NCBI GenBank assembly: GCA_041665025.1
Contig: JBAYJP010000001.1
Location: 211,996-275,995, forward strand
Direction of reading: 5' to 3'
Origin: Candidatus Magasanikiibacteriota bacterium
Lineage (GTDB): Bacteria; Patescibacteriota; Patescibacteriia; Magasanikbacterales; UBA922
DNA: 64,000 bases
A program made the position numbers and the translations under genes. The notes beneath the pieces were generated by a model that saw nothing but the letters and a program-made list of their open reading frames with translations, did not search any database and had not been told where the DNA came from. Positions 45,870 through 55,026 of the stretch are shown piece after piece. Within the stretch, counting starts at the first letter, position 1. Each line of letters begins with the position of its first letter.

Positions 45870-47425
45870 TGAAATTTGATTTTCTTGTTATCGGCTCAGG
45901 CATCGCAGGCCTGAATTTTGCATTGGAAGCAAGTAAATATGGCACTGTCGCGATTGTAACAAAAAAAGAATTGATGGAAAGCAATTCAAATTATGCTCAA
46001 GGTGGCATTGCCGCGGTACTTGATAAGATGGACAATTTTGGTAGTCATATAGAAGACACACTACAAGCCGGTTGTTATCTGAATGACAAAAAAGCTGTTG
46101 AAACCATGGTAAAAGAAGCGCCAAAGCAAATCCAAAAACTGATTAAAATTGGTGTTGGTTTTAGTAAATGTGAAGATAATCTCTGTTTAACCAAAGAAGG
46201 CGGGCATTCTATGCGTCGTATTGCCCATGTGCATGATACGACCGGAAAAGAAATAGAGCGCGCGTTGATTCACCAGGTGCGGCACAATGCGCGCATAAAA
46301 ACATTTGAATCTCATGTGGCGTTTGAATTGTTTATAAATAATCAGGGATTAGGGAACAGAGAACAGCAGACAAAATCTGATCCCTATTCCCTGTTCCCTA
46401 TTCCCCAATGTTTAGGTTCATTCGTCTTAAACACCGAAGACAATGAGATTTTAGCATTCCAGGCAAAAGCCACAATCCTCGCAACCGGCGGAACAGGTCA
46501 AGTATACAAGCGAAATTCAAATCCAAAAATTGCAACGGGCGATGGGGTGGCTATGGCATACGAAGCAGGGGCAGAAATTCGCGACATGGAATTTATTCAA
46601 TTTCATCCAACCGCGCTTGCAAAAAAAGGCAAACCGGCTTTACTTATTTCTGAAACAGTTCGCGGTGAGGGTGGAATTCTAAAAAACGCCAAAGGCGAAG
46701 CATTCATGAAAAGTCTCCACAAACTAAAAGACTTGGCACCACGCGATATTGTTTCTCGCGCGATATTTGAAGAGATGAAACAAGGACCAGTATATTTGGA
46801 TATCCGACATAAGGGAAGCACCTATATCAAACAACGATTCCCCTACCTCTACAACGAACTCTGGTGGTACGGAGTGAAAATGGATACAGATCTTATTCCT
46901 GTCGCTCCAGCCGCTCACTTCACCTGCGGTGGAGTTCAGACAAACTTAAACGGTGAAACGAATATTTCCGGACTATTCGCATTTGGTGAAGTAGCACATA
47001 CGGGTGTACATGGTGCAAACAGGCTGGCGTCAAATTCGTTGCTGGAGTGTATGGTATTTAGTTCACGAGCTGTGACCGCAGCAAAAAAGTATATTAAAAC
47101 GTGTAGCGATGTGAAAGGAAATAAAGAAGGATTTTTACGTAACACATATCACGTAACCCATAGCAAAAACCTAACGATAGCAAAGTTGAAAAGAGATATT
47201 CAAACACTCATGTGGGAGAATGTTGGAATTGTAAGAAAAGAAAAAAAGATGAAAAAAACACTCGAAATATTAAAAAGATATGAAAAAGATATTAAAATAA
47301 TATTAAAAAACGGTGTAAATAAAGAAATTCTTGAGTTGAAATCATTGTGTATTGTTGCTACACTTATCACGCAAGCTGCACTAGAGAGAAGAGAAAGTGT
47401 GGGGACACATTTTATTATTCCGTAG
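45860..47425 (+). CDS. nadB: L-aspartate oxidase
   Basis: IGSGIAG, AQGGIAA, EGGHS, QFHPT, HGANRLASNSLLE. Confidence 0.97.
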   Translation: MNELKFDFLVIGSGIAGLNFALEASKYGTVAIVTKKELMESNSNYAQGGIAAVLDKMDNFGSHIEDTLQAGCYLNDKKAVETMVKEAPKQIQKLIKIGVGFSKCEDNLCLTKEGGHSMRRIAHVHDTTGKEIERALIHQVRHNARIKTFESHVAFELFINNQGLGNREQQTKSDPYSLFPIPQCLGSFVLNTEDNEILAFQAKATILATGGTGQVYKRNSNPKIATGDGVAMAYEAGAEIRDMEFIQFHPTALAKKGKPALLISETVRGEGGILKNAKGEAFMKSLHKLKDLAPRDIVSRAIFEEMKQGPVYLDIRHKGSTYIKQRFPYLYNELWWYGVKMDTDLIPVAPAAHFTCGGVQTNLNGETNISGLFAFGEVAHTGVHGANRLASNSLLECMVFSSRAVTAAKKYIKTCSDVKGNKEGFLRNTYHVTHSKNLTIAKLKRDIQTLMWENVGIVRKEKKMKKTLEILKRYEKDIKIILKNGVNKEILELKSLCIVATLITQAALERRESVGTHFIIP

Positions 47426-47460
47426 TTCGTAATTTCGTAACATTTCGCAAGTTCGGACAT
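47417..47460. repeat. TTCGTA-family single arm
   Basis: TTCCGTAGTTCGTAATTTCGTAACATTTCGCAAGTTCGGACAT. Confidence 0.8.
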
Positions 47461-47462
47461 AT

Positions 47463-48563
47463 ATGATAATCCTTGGCATCGAAAGTTCATGCGACGATAC
47501 ATCAGTCGCATTACTGGATATAACAGACGACCACATTGAAATCCTTGCGGAAAAAACTGCAAGCCAAATTGATGTACACAAAAAATATGGCGGGGTCGTG
47601 CCAGAGATTGCGGGACGAAAGCATGCGGAAAAAATTGTACCATTGGTTGAACATATTCTTGAAGAAGCTAGGGTTACTAAACCTGATGTAATTGCAGTTA
47701 CGTCTGGTCCGGGTTTAATAACGGGACTTGTGGTGGGAGTTGAAACAGCCAAGACGCTTTCTTATTTATGGGATGTACCTATTGTAGGTGTGAATCATAT
47801 TGAGGGACATATACATAGTGTAAAAATTCCAAATACCAAGATACAAGATACAAATAAATTTCCAATTTCCAATTTCAAATTTCCAGTACTTAGTCTCATT
47901 GCATCAGGAGGCCACACAGAACTTATCCTTTCTAAAAAACAAGGAGAATATGAACGAATAGGAAGTACAGTAGATGATGCTGCTGGAGAATGTTTTGACA
48001 AAGTAGCAAAACTGCTTGGGTTTGATTATCCTGGTGGACCAAAAATTTCAAAATTTGCTGAAACAGGAAACCCCCATGCCATAGAATTTCCTCGACCAAT
48101 GATACATTCAAAAGACTTCAACTTTAGTTTTGCCGGACTCAAAACCGCAGCACTCTATTGGCTGCGAGATAATCAATTATCTGCTTCTCACACACTATCT
48201 TACGAACTTCCAGCCGGAATATTCGGACAAACACCAGAACAACCCACGATCAACGACTTTTGTTCAAGTTTCGAACAAGCTATCATTGATGTCCTGGTTA
48301 CTAAAACCCTCAACGCAGCAAAAAAATACAAACCAAAAACTGTTATTTTAGGTGGTGGAGTTTCTGCAAACAAAAAATTACGTGAGACATTACAAAAAAG
48401 CATTGAAGAAAATTTTCCGGCTTCTAGTTTCTTTCTTCCCTTACCCAAGTATGCCATGGACAATGCGGCCATGATAGCTGTTGCGGCATACCATCATGTA
48501 AAAAAGAAAGAATTTACGTTGTGGCAAAAATTACAAGCAAATCCAAATTGGAAAATATATTAA
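47463..48563 (+). CDS. tsaD: tRNA N6-adenosine threonylcarbamoyltransferase
   Basis: GIESSCDDT, GGVVPE, HIEGH, SGGHT, DDAAGE, DNAAMI. Confidence 0.98.
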   Translation: MIILGIESSCDDTSVALLDITDDHIEILAEKTASQIDVHKKYGGVVPEIAGRKHAEKIVPLVEHILEEARVTKPDVIAVTSGPGLITGLVVGVETAKTLSYLWDVPIVGVNHIEGHIHSVKIPNTKIQDTNKFPISNFKFPVLSLIASGGHTELILSKKQGEYERIGSTVDDAAGECFDKVAKLLGFDYPGGPKISKFAETGNPHAIEFPRPMIHSKDFNFSFAGLKTAALYWLRDNQLSASHTLSYELPAGIFGQTPEQPTINDFCSSFEQAIIDVLVTKTLNAAKKYKPKTVILGGGVSANKKLRETLQKSIEENFPASSFFLPLPKYAMDNAAMIAVAAYHHVKKKEFTLWQKLQANPNWKIY

Positions 48564-48639
48564 TGTACGAAATGCGAAAACTGCGAAAGGTACGAAAAAA
48601 TATATTTCGAATATTTCGTAGTTTTCGGATTTCGTACAT
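48563..48639. repeat. TACGAA-family inverted repeat
   Basis: ATGTACGAAATGCGAAAACTGCGAAA...TTTCGTAGTTTTCGGATTTCGTACAT, near copy of 30112-30180. Confidence 0.92.
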
Positions 48640-48650
48640 AATTACCATGT

Positions 48651-49589
48651 ATGGGATTAAAAATTATCAGTGGCAGTAGCCACAAACAATTTACCCGTGC
48701 CGTCTGTGAACATCTCGGCATTCAAGAAACCAAGACAACGGCCAAAGTTTTTAGTAATGAAAATCGTTTTATTAAAATTGAAGAACCGGTGCGCGGAGAT
48801 GATGTGTTTGTAATTCAAACTCAAGCGTCACCGGTTGATGCACACATCATGGAACTCCTGATGATTATCCGAACTCTGCGCGATGCATCTGCCAAACGCA
48901 TTACCGCAGTCCTCCCCTACTTGCCTTATATTCGTTCTGACAAAAAAGATCAACCACGCGTTTGTCTTGCCGCGCGGCTCATGGCTGACATGTTGCAAAC
49001 CGCAGGAGCAAATCGCGCGCTTATCATGGAAATGCACTCTCCTCAGACACAAGGATTCTTTTCTATCCCAACTGATCATATTATCGCCGCACCCGACATC
49101 GTTACTCACTTGAAACACAATTGGGATTTAAGTAATTATGTACTTATTGCCGGAGACAGCGGAGCGGCAAAACTCCTTCAACCATATGCAGATAGCCTGC
49201 ATCTGCCTGTTGCTATTATGGATAAGCGACGTATGGGGAATGAAGAACAGGTTTCGATCAAAGGAGTTATTGGGGATGTACACGGCAAGAAAGGATTAAT
49301 TATAGACGACGAAACATCAAGTGGTGGTACGCTCATAGAAAATACGAAATTTTTACTCGCACAAAGCGGGGTACTTAGTGTCGATGTATGTTTCATCCAT
49401 GCCGCACTCGGGAAGGGTGCCGTGGAAAAATTAAACAGCTCTCCTATTGGACGTTTTATCACGACCGATACCATCCCCCTCACTGACGAACTTCGCAATG
49501 TGGAAATTGTTTCAGTTGCAGGACGTTTTGCAGAGTTTATCCAAAGAATACATGATGACAAGAGTGTAAAGTCAATAAATGACCTTTAA
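48651..49589 (+). CDS. prs: Ribose-phosphate pyrophosphokinase
   Basis: VRGDDVFVIQ, PYLPYIRSDKK, DKRR, IIDDETSSGGT, TDTIP. Confidence 0.95.
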   Translation: MGLKIISGSSHKQFTRAVCEHLGIQETKTTAKVFSNENRFIKIEEPVRGDDVFVIQTQASPVDAHIMELLMIIRTLRDASAKRITAVLPYLPYIRSDKKDQPRVCLAARLMADMLQTAGANRALIMEMHSPQTQGFFSIPTDHIIAAPDIVTHLKHNWDLSNYVLIAGDSGAAKLLQPYADSLHLPVAIMDKRRMGNEEQVSIKGVIGDVHGKKGLIIDDETSSGGTLIENTKFLLAQSGVLSVDVCFIHAALGKGAVEKLNSSPIGRFITTDTIPLTDELRNVEIVSVAGRFAEFIQRIHDDKSVKSINDL

Positions 49590-49590
49590 T

Positions 49591-49688
49591 AATTTTTAAT
49601 TTACAATTTACAATTTGAAAACAATTCACAATTTCTAAATTTTTTAATTTAAAATTGTTTGTAAATTGTAAATTTCAAATTGAAAATT
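49591..49688. repeat. AATTTnn heptamer inverted repeat
   Basis: 36-nt arms, 31/36 complementary. Confidence 0.88.
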
Positions 49689-49695
49689 TATTTAT

Positions 49696-49956
49696 ATGCC
49701 TTATATTTCCCAACCCGATCGCGACCGTTTGGATGGCGCGATTGAAAATCTTACTAAGCTCATCAACCCAAACCAACGTGCAGGTGATCTAAATTATTCT
49801 ATCACACGCCTCTTACTTCTCAACCAAGGTGAAGGGCGATACAAAGATTGGAACGAGCTTGTAGGTGTACTTGAATGTGCAAAGCAAGAACTCTATCGCA
49901 GAAAAATTGGTCCTTACGAGGACAAAAAGATGGAGGAAAATGGCGACGCATATTAG
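49696..49956 (+). CDS. Conserved small hypothetical protein
   Basis: MPYI...GDLNYSITRL...GVLECAKQELYRRKIGPYED.K..ENGD pattern. Confidence 0.8.
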   Translation: MPYISQPDRDRLDGAIENLTKLINPNQRAGDLNYSITRLLLLNQGEGRYKDWNELVGVLECAKQELYRRKIGPYEDKKMEENGDAY

Positions 49957-50219
49957 TTGAGTTCGTCTGGTAATTTCCCTATAGCCAATTCTGCATAGTG
50001 TTTTTCTAAAACTTTAAACGGTGCCACTACGCGCTGATCTGCCACTTTTAGATGAGAATCATCTCTATGTTGACGCGTTAATTCCAAAAATTTATCTACG
50101 GCCTCATCGGGTATATCCTCCATCTCTCTGTGAAGCAGAGTTGCCATCTGTGCACGAGCTTGATCAAAACTATACTCAGGGACGTGTTCCCGTGAAAAAT
50201 CATGGTTACGTTCGGGCAT
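49953..50219 (-). CDS. Hypothetical protein
   Basis: ATG 50219 lies 21 nt downstream of the dnaE stop; plausible composition. Confidence 0.55.
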   Translation of the reverse strand: MPERNHDFSREHVPEYSFDQARAQMATLLHREMEDIPDEAVDKFLELTRQHRDDSHLKVADQRVVAPFKVLEKHYAELAIGKLPDELN

Positions 50220-50239
50220 ATAGAAAATAAAATTAAAAA

Positions 50240-53200
50240 TTAATTTCTGACCTCGATAAGGCAAGATGGTATAATATCGTGTAGAGAATAATTAAATTTT
50301 TCACTCCACAAAACTTGTGACTGGGTACGGATGACACGTCCTCCAACTTTTATGTACAATGCATACTCACCTGGATGTGCTCCAAATATTTTCTTTAAGT
50401 CATCTGCGTGCGTTTTCAACTCTTCTTGAGACAAAGAAATGATAACACGCTTTGAACTCTCTGGCTTAACATTTTTTCCATTTTGATTGATAGAAAAAAA
50501 CTTTGCTATTTCAGAAATATTTTGTTTGTTAATTTCATACGCCTTTTCTACAAAAATCTTATTATCGCCTTCTTCTTTTGGCGTCTTGCCCCACACGCAA
50601 ATGACATTACCCTCTTTCCATACATGTTTTGATTCTTCATACGTCCGTGGAAATACCAATAATTCTATAGAGCCCGTTTGATCTTGCATGGTGGCAAACA
50701 TCATAATATCACCTTTTTTGGTAATCTTCTTTTTAAGTGAATCAATAACACCGCCGACGGTAAGCGTGCTATCGCGCGGAAACTCTTCCATTTCAGAAAG
50801 CGGAGTTATGCGTCCTCTGAGAACCGTTTCATAATATGCAAAAGGATGAGAAGAAACATAGAGCCCGAGCAAATTCTTTTCCCACACCAATTTCTCATCC
50901 ATAGTCGCGTTTGGTCCGGGTTTCAAAAGTACTTTATTATCAAGTGCAATTTCTGTGCCGGCAAAAAGCGAATTTTGATTGGTTACACGTTTTTCACGCA
51001 CTTGCCGAACGAATGAAAGCAAATTCTCAATATTATTCAAAAGTAGACCGCGGTCATATCCAAAACAATCCATAGCTCCGGCCTGAATCAAACTTTCTAG
51101 AGATTTTTTATTCAAATCTTTGTCATCAATACGTTCCGAAAGATCTTCAAGAGAAGTATAGGGACCATGTTCTCTTTTCTCACGATAAATAACCTCACTG
51201 ATGTGTTCCCCTAAATTTTTTATAGCCGAAAGTCCGAAGCGAATACGGCCTGGTTCACCTGGTTTTGAAACCATGGCAAAATTTCTAAAACTTTCATTCA
51301 CGTCTGGTGGCAACACTTCAATATTCATCCGGTGGCATTCATGCACAATCGCCGCAACCTTTTCTGCGTCCCCTGCTTCAGCCTGAAGCACCGCAGTCAT
51401 GTATTGCACAGGATAATGCGCTTTCATGTATGCAGTCTGATAAGCAACCGTGCCATAACTTGCCGCATGAGCTTTGTTGAAACCATAAGCCGCGAATGGT
51501 TCAATAAGACGCCACAATTCATCAATTTTTTGCTGAGGTAAATTTCCATGATCGCGGCAGCCTTGGTAAAATTTTATTTTCTGTTTTTCCATCTCCTCTG
51601 GAATTTTTTTACCAATAGCTTTTCTAAATTTGTCTGCTTCAGTCCAATCATATCCCGCAAGTTCAATCGCAGTCAAAATGACGTCATCTTGATATACGAG
51701 GAGACCAAACGATGCTTCCAAATATTTTTTCATGCGCGGATCGAGATAATCAATTACTTCTGGATTATGCTTGCGCCGAATATATTCGGGAATGCTCTCC
51801 ATAGGACCCGGACGATACAACGCCACCATAGCCATGATATCATCTATTGTGGTTGGCTTAAGTTCTTTGAGCCAACGCGTCATACCGCTACCACCAAGTT
51901 GAAAAGTCCCCATAGTCTCTCCGCGCGCAAGCATTTCAAATGTTGACGTATCGTCAAGCGGTAAAGTATATACGTCCACATGTTCGCCCAATGTTTTTTC
52001 TACGATTTCAACAGCTTTTCCCAAAATAGAAAGGTTGCGAATGCCAAGAAAGTCCATCTTGAGAAGGCCTGCGGCTTCAACCGCATGCATTTCATATTGG
52101 GTAATAACTTTTTCTCCGCCTGTTTCACGCTGTATAGGAGTAAAATCAGTAAGCGGACGAGGCGCAATAACCACGCCAGCTGCATGAATTGAGGTATGGC
52201 GGGCATTTCCTTCAACTTTTTGAGCTAAGTCGAGCAAGCGCTTTACGTCAGGATTTGATTCATATAATTTTTTTAAATCAGGTTCTTCAATAAGCGCGCG
52301 TTCAATGGTCATAGGGAAACCCTGTGAACCCATAGGGATAAGTTTTGCCACTTGATCACAAAAGCTGTATGACAAACCAAGAGCACGCCCAACATCACGT
52401 GCGCTCGCACGCGCTGCCATAGTTCCAAACGTGATAATCTGTGCAACTTTGTCTGCACCATATTTACCTGTCACATAGGCGATCATATCGTCTCTGCGAT
52501 CGTCTGCAAAGTCAGTATCAATATCTGGAGGAGAAGGACGATGCGGATTTAAAAAACGTTCGAAAGGCAATTTGAAACGGATTGGATCAACTGTTGTAAT
52601 GCCAATTACATACGAGACAAGCGAGCCTGCAGCAGATCCTCTCGTAGTCTGAACAATGCCATGACTTTTGGCATAATGTACATAATCTGAAACGCACAAA
52701 AAGTAAGGAGAATATCCCTTTGTCTTGATAATATCCAATTCATATTCAACGCGGTCTTTCACTTCTTGCGTGACGGGGTTATAAAAGTGTTCTATTTTTT
52801 CAAACGCCATATCGCGCAATACATCATCAGCTGTCTTATGTTCAGGCAATTCAATGCTCGCAAAATTCCACTTATTGAGGGTAATTTCAATGCCAACGCG
52901 ATCCGCGATATGAACTGTATTTTCTAAAGCTTCGGGAACATGACGAAAACGAGACGCAATGTCTTTTGCCGTGTTGAGGGACCTGTCAATATGACGACGA
53001 TCTTCACGATTTCGTTCCGGTACTTTCCATCCTTCTGAAATACAACGCACAACGTCTTGGGCCTCTGACTCGTCTTGACTCAGATAATGTACATCACGCG
53101 TCACCACGAGAGGTATTCCTGTTTCCTTTGATAATTGAATAAGTTTTGTATTCACGTCCAATTGCCCTTCAATTGCCGGATGATCTTGAAGTTCTAAATA

Positions 53201-53713
53201 AAAATTATTTTTACCAAAAATAGTTTCAAACTCGCAGGCGAGATTCTTTGCTTCTTCAATTCTATTTTGTTTGATCAATTGCGGTATCTCCCCTTCTATA
53301 GGGCCTGACAGGGCAATAATATTTTTTGAATATTCTTTCAATATTTTTTTGTCAACCCTGGGTTTTCCATTAAAAAATCCTTCCAAATGTCCGATCGAGG
53401 ATATTTTCAAAAGATTTTGATACCCATAAAAATTTTCTGCAAGCAATATAAGATGATAAATATCTTTGTCTTTTTCCAAATCCTTGTCATGAAGTGATCG
53501 TGGCGCAATGTACATTTCAAGCCCAATAATAGGCTTCAAACCTTGTTTGTTGCATTGTTCATAAAATTCAATTGCGCCATACAACGACCCATAGTCAGTC
53601 AATGCCAAAGATGAAAAACCTCGTTCTTTTGCAGCCTTAACAAGCGGTTTAATTTGAGTTAATCCATTGAGAAGTGAGTAATGCGAGTGAACATGAAGAT
53701 GCACGAAATCCAT
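50240..53713 (-). CDS. dnaE: DNA polymerase III alpha subunit
   Basis: HLHVHSHYSLL PHP domain, RGSAAGS, PDIDTDF, KMDFLG, YGFNKAHA. Confidence 0.99.
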   Translation of the reverse strand: MDFVHLHVHSHYSLLNGLTQIKPLVKAAKERGFSSLALTDYGSLYGAIEFYEQCNKQGLKPIIGLEMYIAPRSLHDKDLEKDKDIYHLILLAENFYGYQNLLKISSIGHLEGFFNGKPRVDKKILKEYSKNIIALSGPIEGEIPQLIKQNRIEEAKNLACEFETIFGKNNFYLELQDHPAIEGQLDVNTKLIQLSKETGIPLVVTRDVHYLSQDESEAQDVVRCISEGWKVPERNREDRRHIDRSLNTAKDIASRFRHVPEALENTVHIADRVGIEITLNKWNFASIELPEHKTADDVLRDMAFEKIEHFYNPVTQEVKDRVEYELDIIKTKGYSPYFLCVSDYVHYAKSHGIVQTTRGSAAGSLVSYVIGITTVDPIRFKLPFERFLNPHRPSPPDIDTDFADDRRDDMIAYVTGKYGADKVAQIITFGTMAARASARDVGRALGLSYSFCDQVAKLIPMGSQGFPMTIERALIEEPDLKKLYESNPDVKRLLDLAQKVEGNARHTSIHAAGVVIAPRPLTDFTPIQRETGGEKVITQYEMHAVEAAGLLKMDFLGIRNLSILGKAVEIVEKTLGEHVDVYTLPLDDTSTFEMLARGETMGTFQLGGSGMTRWLKELKPTTIDDIMAMVALYRPGPMESIPEYIRRKHNPEVIDYLDPRMKKYLEASFGLLVYQDDVILTAIELAGYDWTEADKFRKAIGKKIPEEMEKQKIKFYQGCRDHGNLPQQKIDELWRLIEPFAAYGFNKAHAASYGTVAYQTAYMKAHYPVQYMTAVLQAEAGDAEKVAAIVHECHRMNIEVLPPDVNESFRNFAMVSKPGEPGRIRFGLSAIKNLGEHISEVIYREKREHGPYTSLEDLSERIDDKDLNKKSLESLIQAGAMDCFGYDRGLLLNNIENLLSFVRQVREKRVTNQNSLFAGTEIALDNKVLLKPGPNATMDEKLVWEKNLLGLYVSSHPFAYYETVLRGRITPLSEMEEFPRDSTLTVGGVIDSLKKKITKKGDIMMFATMQDQTGSIELLVFPRTYEESKHVWKEGNVICVWGKTPKEEGDNKIFVEKAYEINKQNISEIAKFFSINQNGKNVKPESSKRVIISLSQEELKTHADDLKKIFGAHPGEYALYIKVGGRVIRTQSQVLWSEKFNYSLHDIIPSCLIEVRN

Positions 53714-53824
53714 ACATTGCCGTTTATATCTCCTCTATAGTACGCAAAAATCAGACTTAAATCAAGTTGCACTAATGAACATAACTATGTATACTGTATA
53801 TATCTAATTCTTAACTTGTTAATT

Positions 53825-54403
53825 ATGCAAAAAATCCATCTTGGAGGAATATGCATAGGTTTAGCACTCCTTCTTGGTGCAGGATGCGTGCCTGTAGAAA
53901 ATTTACAAAATATTTCCAATAACCAAGAAGACGCAAATGAAACACCCGAGGAAAATGAACAAAATAATTCAAATACCCCGGAAGAAATAGTACCTACTCC
54001 TGTAGAACAGGCAAGAACCGAACCAGTCGTATCTATCATAGTAAATGACCAGAAAATTTTGGTTGACAGCTCAAATGAAATGGGTGTCCCTGCAAACGCA
54101 ATTGTGGTGGAACGAGTAAAAAATGAAGTTGGCATCTGGCTTGCACTCTATGTAAGCAATAATGGCGAAGCAGGAAAATTTTTAGGCAATGCGTATCTTT
54201 CCGCAGGCAGCCACGAACGCGTTCCTGTATATATTGCCATGCCAAATATTACACAAGCAGAACTTGACGTAGTGCGAGAAATGGTCGTAGTAGTTCATCG
54301 CGATGCAGGAATTCAAAGACAGTTTGAATACGGCGGCGCTGATACATTCTTTACCACAAGCAATGGCAGTGTAATAAAAGACGTATTCAAAGTACTCGAG
54401 TAA
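53825..54403 (+). CDS. Putative lipoprotein
   Basis: LLGAGC lipobox, low-complexity linker, HRDAG motif. Confidence 0.75.
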   Translation: MQKIHLGGICIGLALLLGAGCVPVENLQNISNNQEDANETPEENEQNNSNTPEEIVPTPVEQARTEPVVSIIVNDQKILVDSSNEMGVPANAIVVERVKNEVGIWLALYVSNNGEAGKFLGNAYLSAGSHERVPVYIAMPNITQAELDVVREMVVVVHRDAGIQRQFEYGGADTFFTTSNGSVIKDVFKVLE

Positions 54404-54417
54404 AAAACGCAACAAAT

Positions 54418-54448
54418 AATAAAATCCCCCTTCATGGGGGATTTTATT
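54418..54448. terminator. Bidirectional intrinsic terminator
   Basis: AATAAAATCCCC..GGGGATTTTATT. Confidence 0.8.
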
Positions 54449-54525
54449 AAATATTTTGTAATTTTTTCAATCTTGAATTTATCCGGCGTAGCCCGAGGAA
54501 CGAGGGCGGAGACGGAATCTTGATT

Positions 54526-54843
54526 TCATTTCTTTTTCGCTTTTTTCTTCTCTCCTCGTTCATCCAGCTTCGAGGATAATTTTCCTACCACATATTTCTC
54601 TACAATCTGTCCCAAAACTCCGCTCACCATTCCCATGTGCCCAGTCAACGAATCAACTTTTTTTCGTATAAATTCTACGGCATCGGAAATGAGCTCAAGT
54701 TTATTGGTAAGAATTTCAGTTATACGATTGATATTGCGCAAAGTTCGCGCAGCTTGATACAGTAGCCAACATAAAAAAACTGTAAACCATAAAATTGACA
54801 AAGACAGCACTACATAGAGCAAGTCTTTACTTGTTTCAAACAT
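54526..54843 (-). CDS. Single-TM coiled-coil membrane protein
   Basis: N-terminal TM, basic tail. Confidence 0.75.
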   Translation of the reverse strand: MFETSKDLLYVVLSLSILWFTVFLCWLLYQAARTLRNINRITEILTNKLELISDAVEFIRKKVDSLTGHMGMVSGVLGQIVEKYVVGKLSSKLDERGEKKKAKKK

Positions 54844-54924
54844 ATGACAGGCAAATTAAAAATGAATGTTGATTGAATCTAGTATACCACAATGGAATTC
54901 AACGTGCAATTTTACTACTAGAAA

Positions 54925-55023
54925 TCACATAGCACATAACACGTAACATAAAAACAAAAAAATCTTTAACACGTTTTTGTTATGTGTTATGTGTTATGTG
55001 TTATGTGCTATGTGTTACGTGAA
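54925..55023. repeat. CATAACA heptamer inverted repeat
   Basis: TCACATAGCACATAACACGTAACA ... (TGTTATG)x4 TGCTATG TGTTACG TGA. Confidence 0.92.
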
Positions 55024-55026
55024 CAC

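Noticed and set aside
48170-48442. Further possible heptamer tracts in tsaD (LSASHTLSYEL; ASSFFLPL)
   Set aside because: Periodicity is too degenerate to support by eye; it needs a statistical scan.
50240-53713. Intein or split dnaE
   Set aside because: Normal length, continuous motifs, no intein splice motifs noticed.
30112-55023. Repeat tracts as CRISPR arrays
   Set aside because: Units are 7-9 nt, contiguous and degenerate, with no unique spacers and no cas genes in the window.
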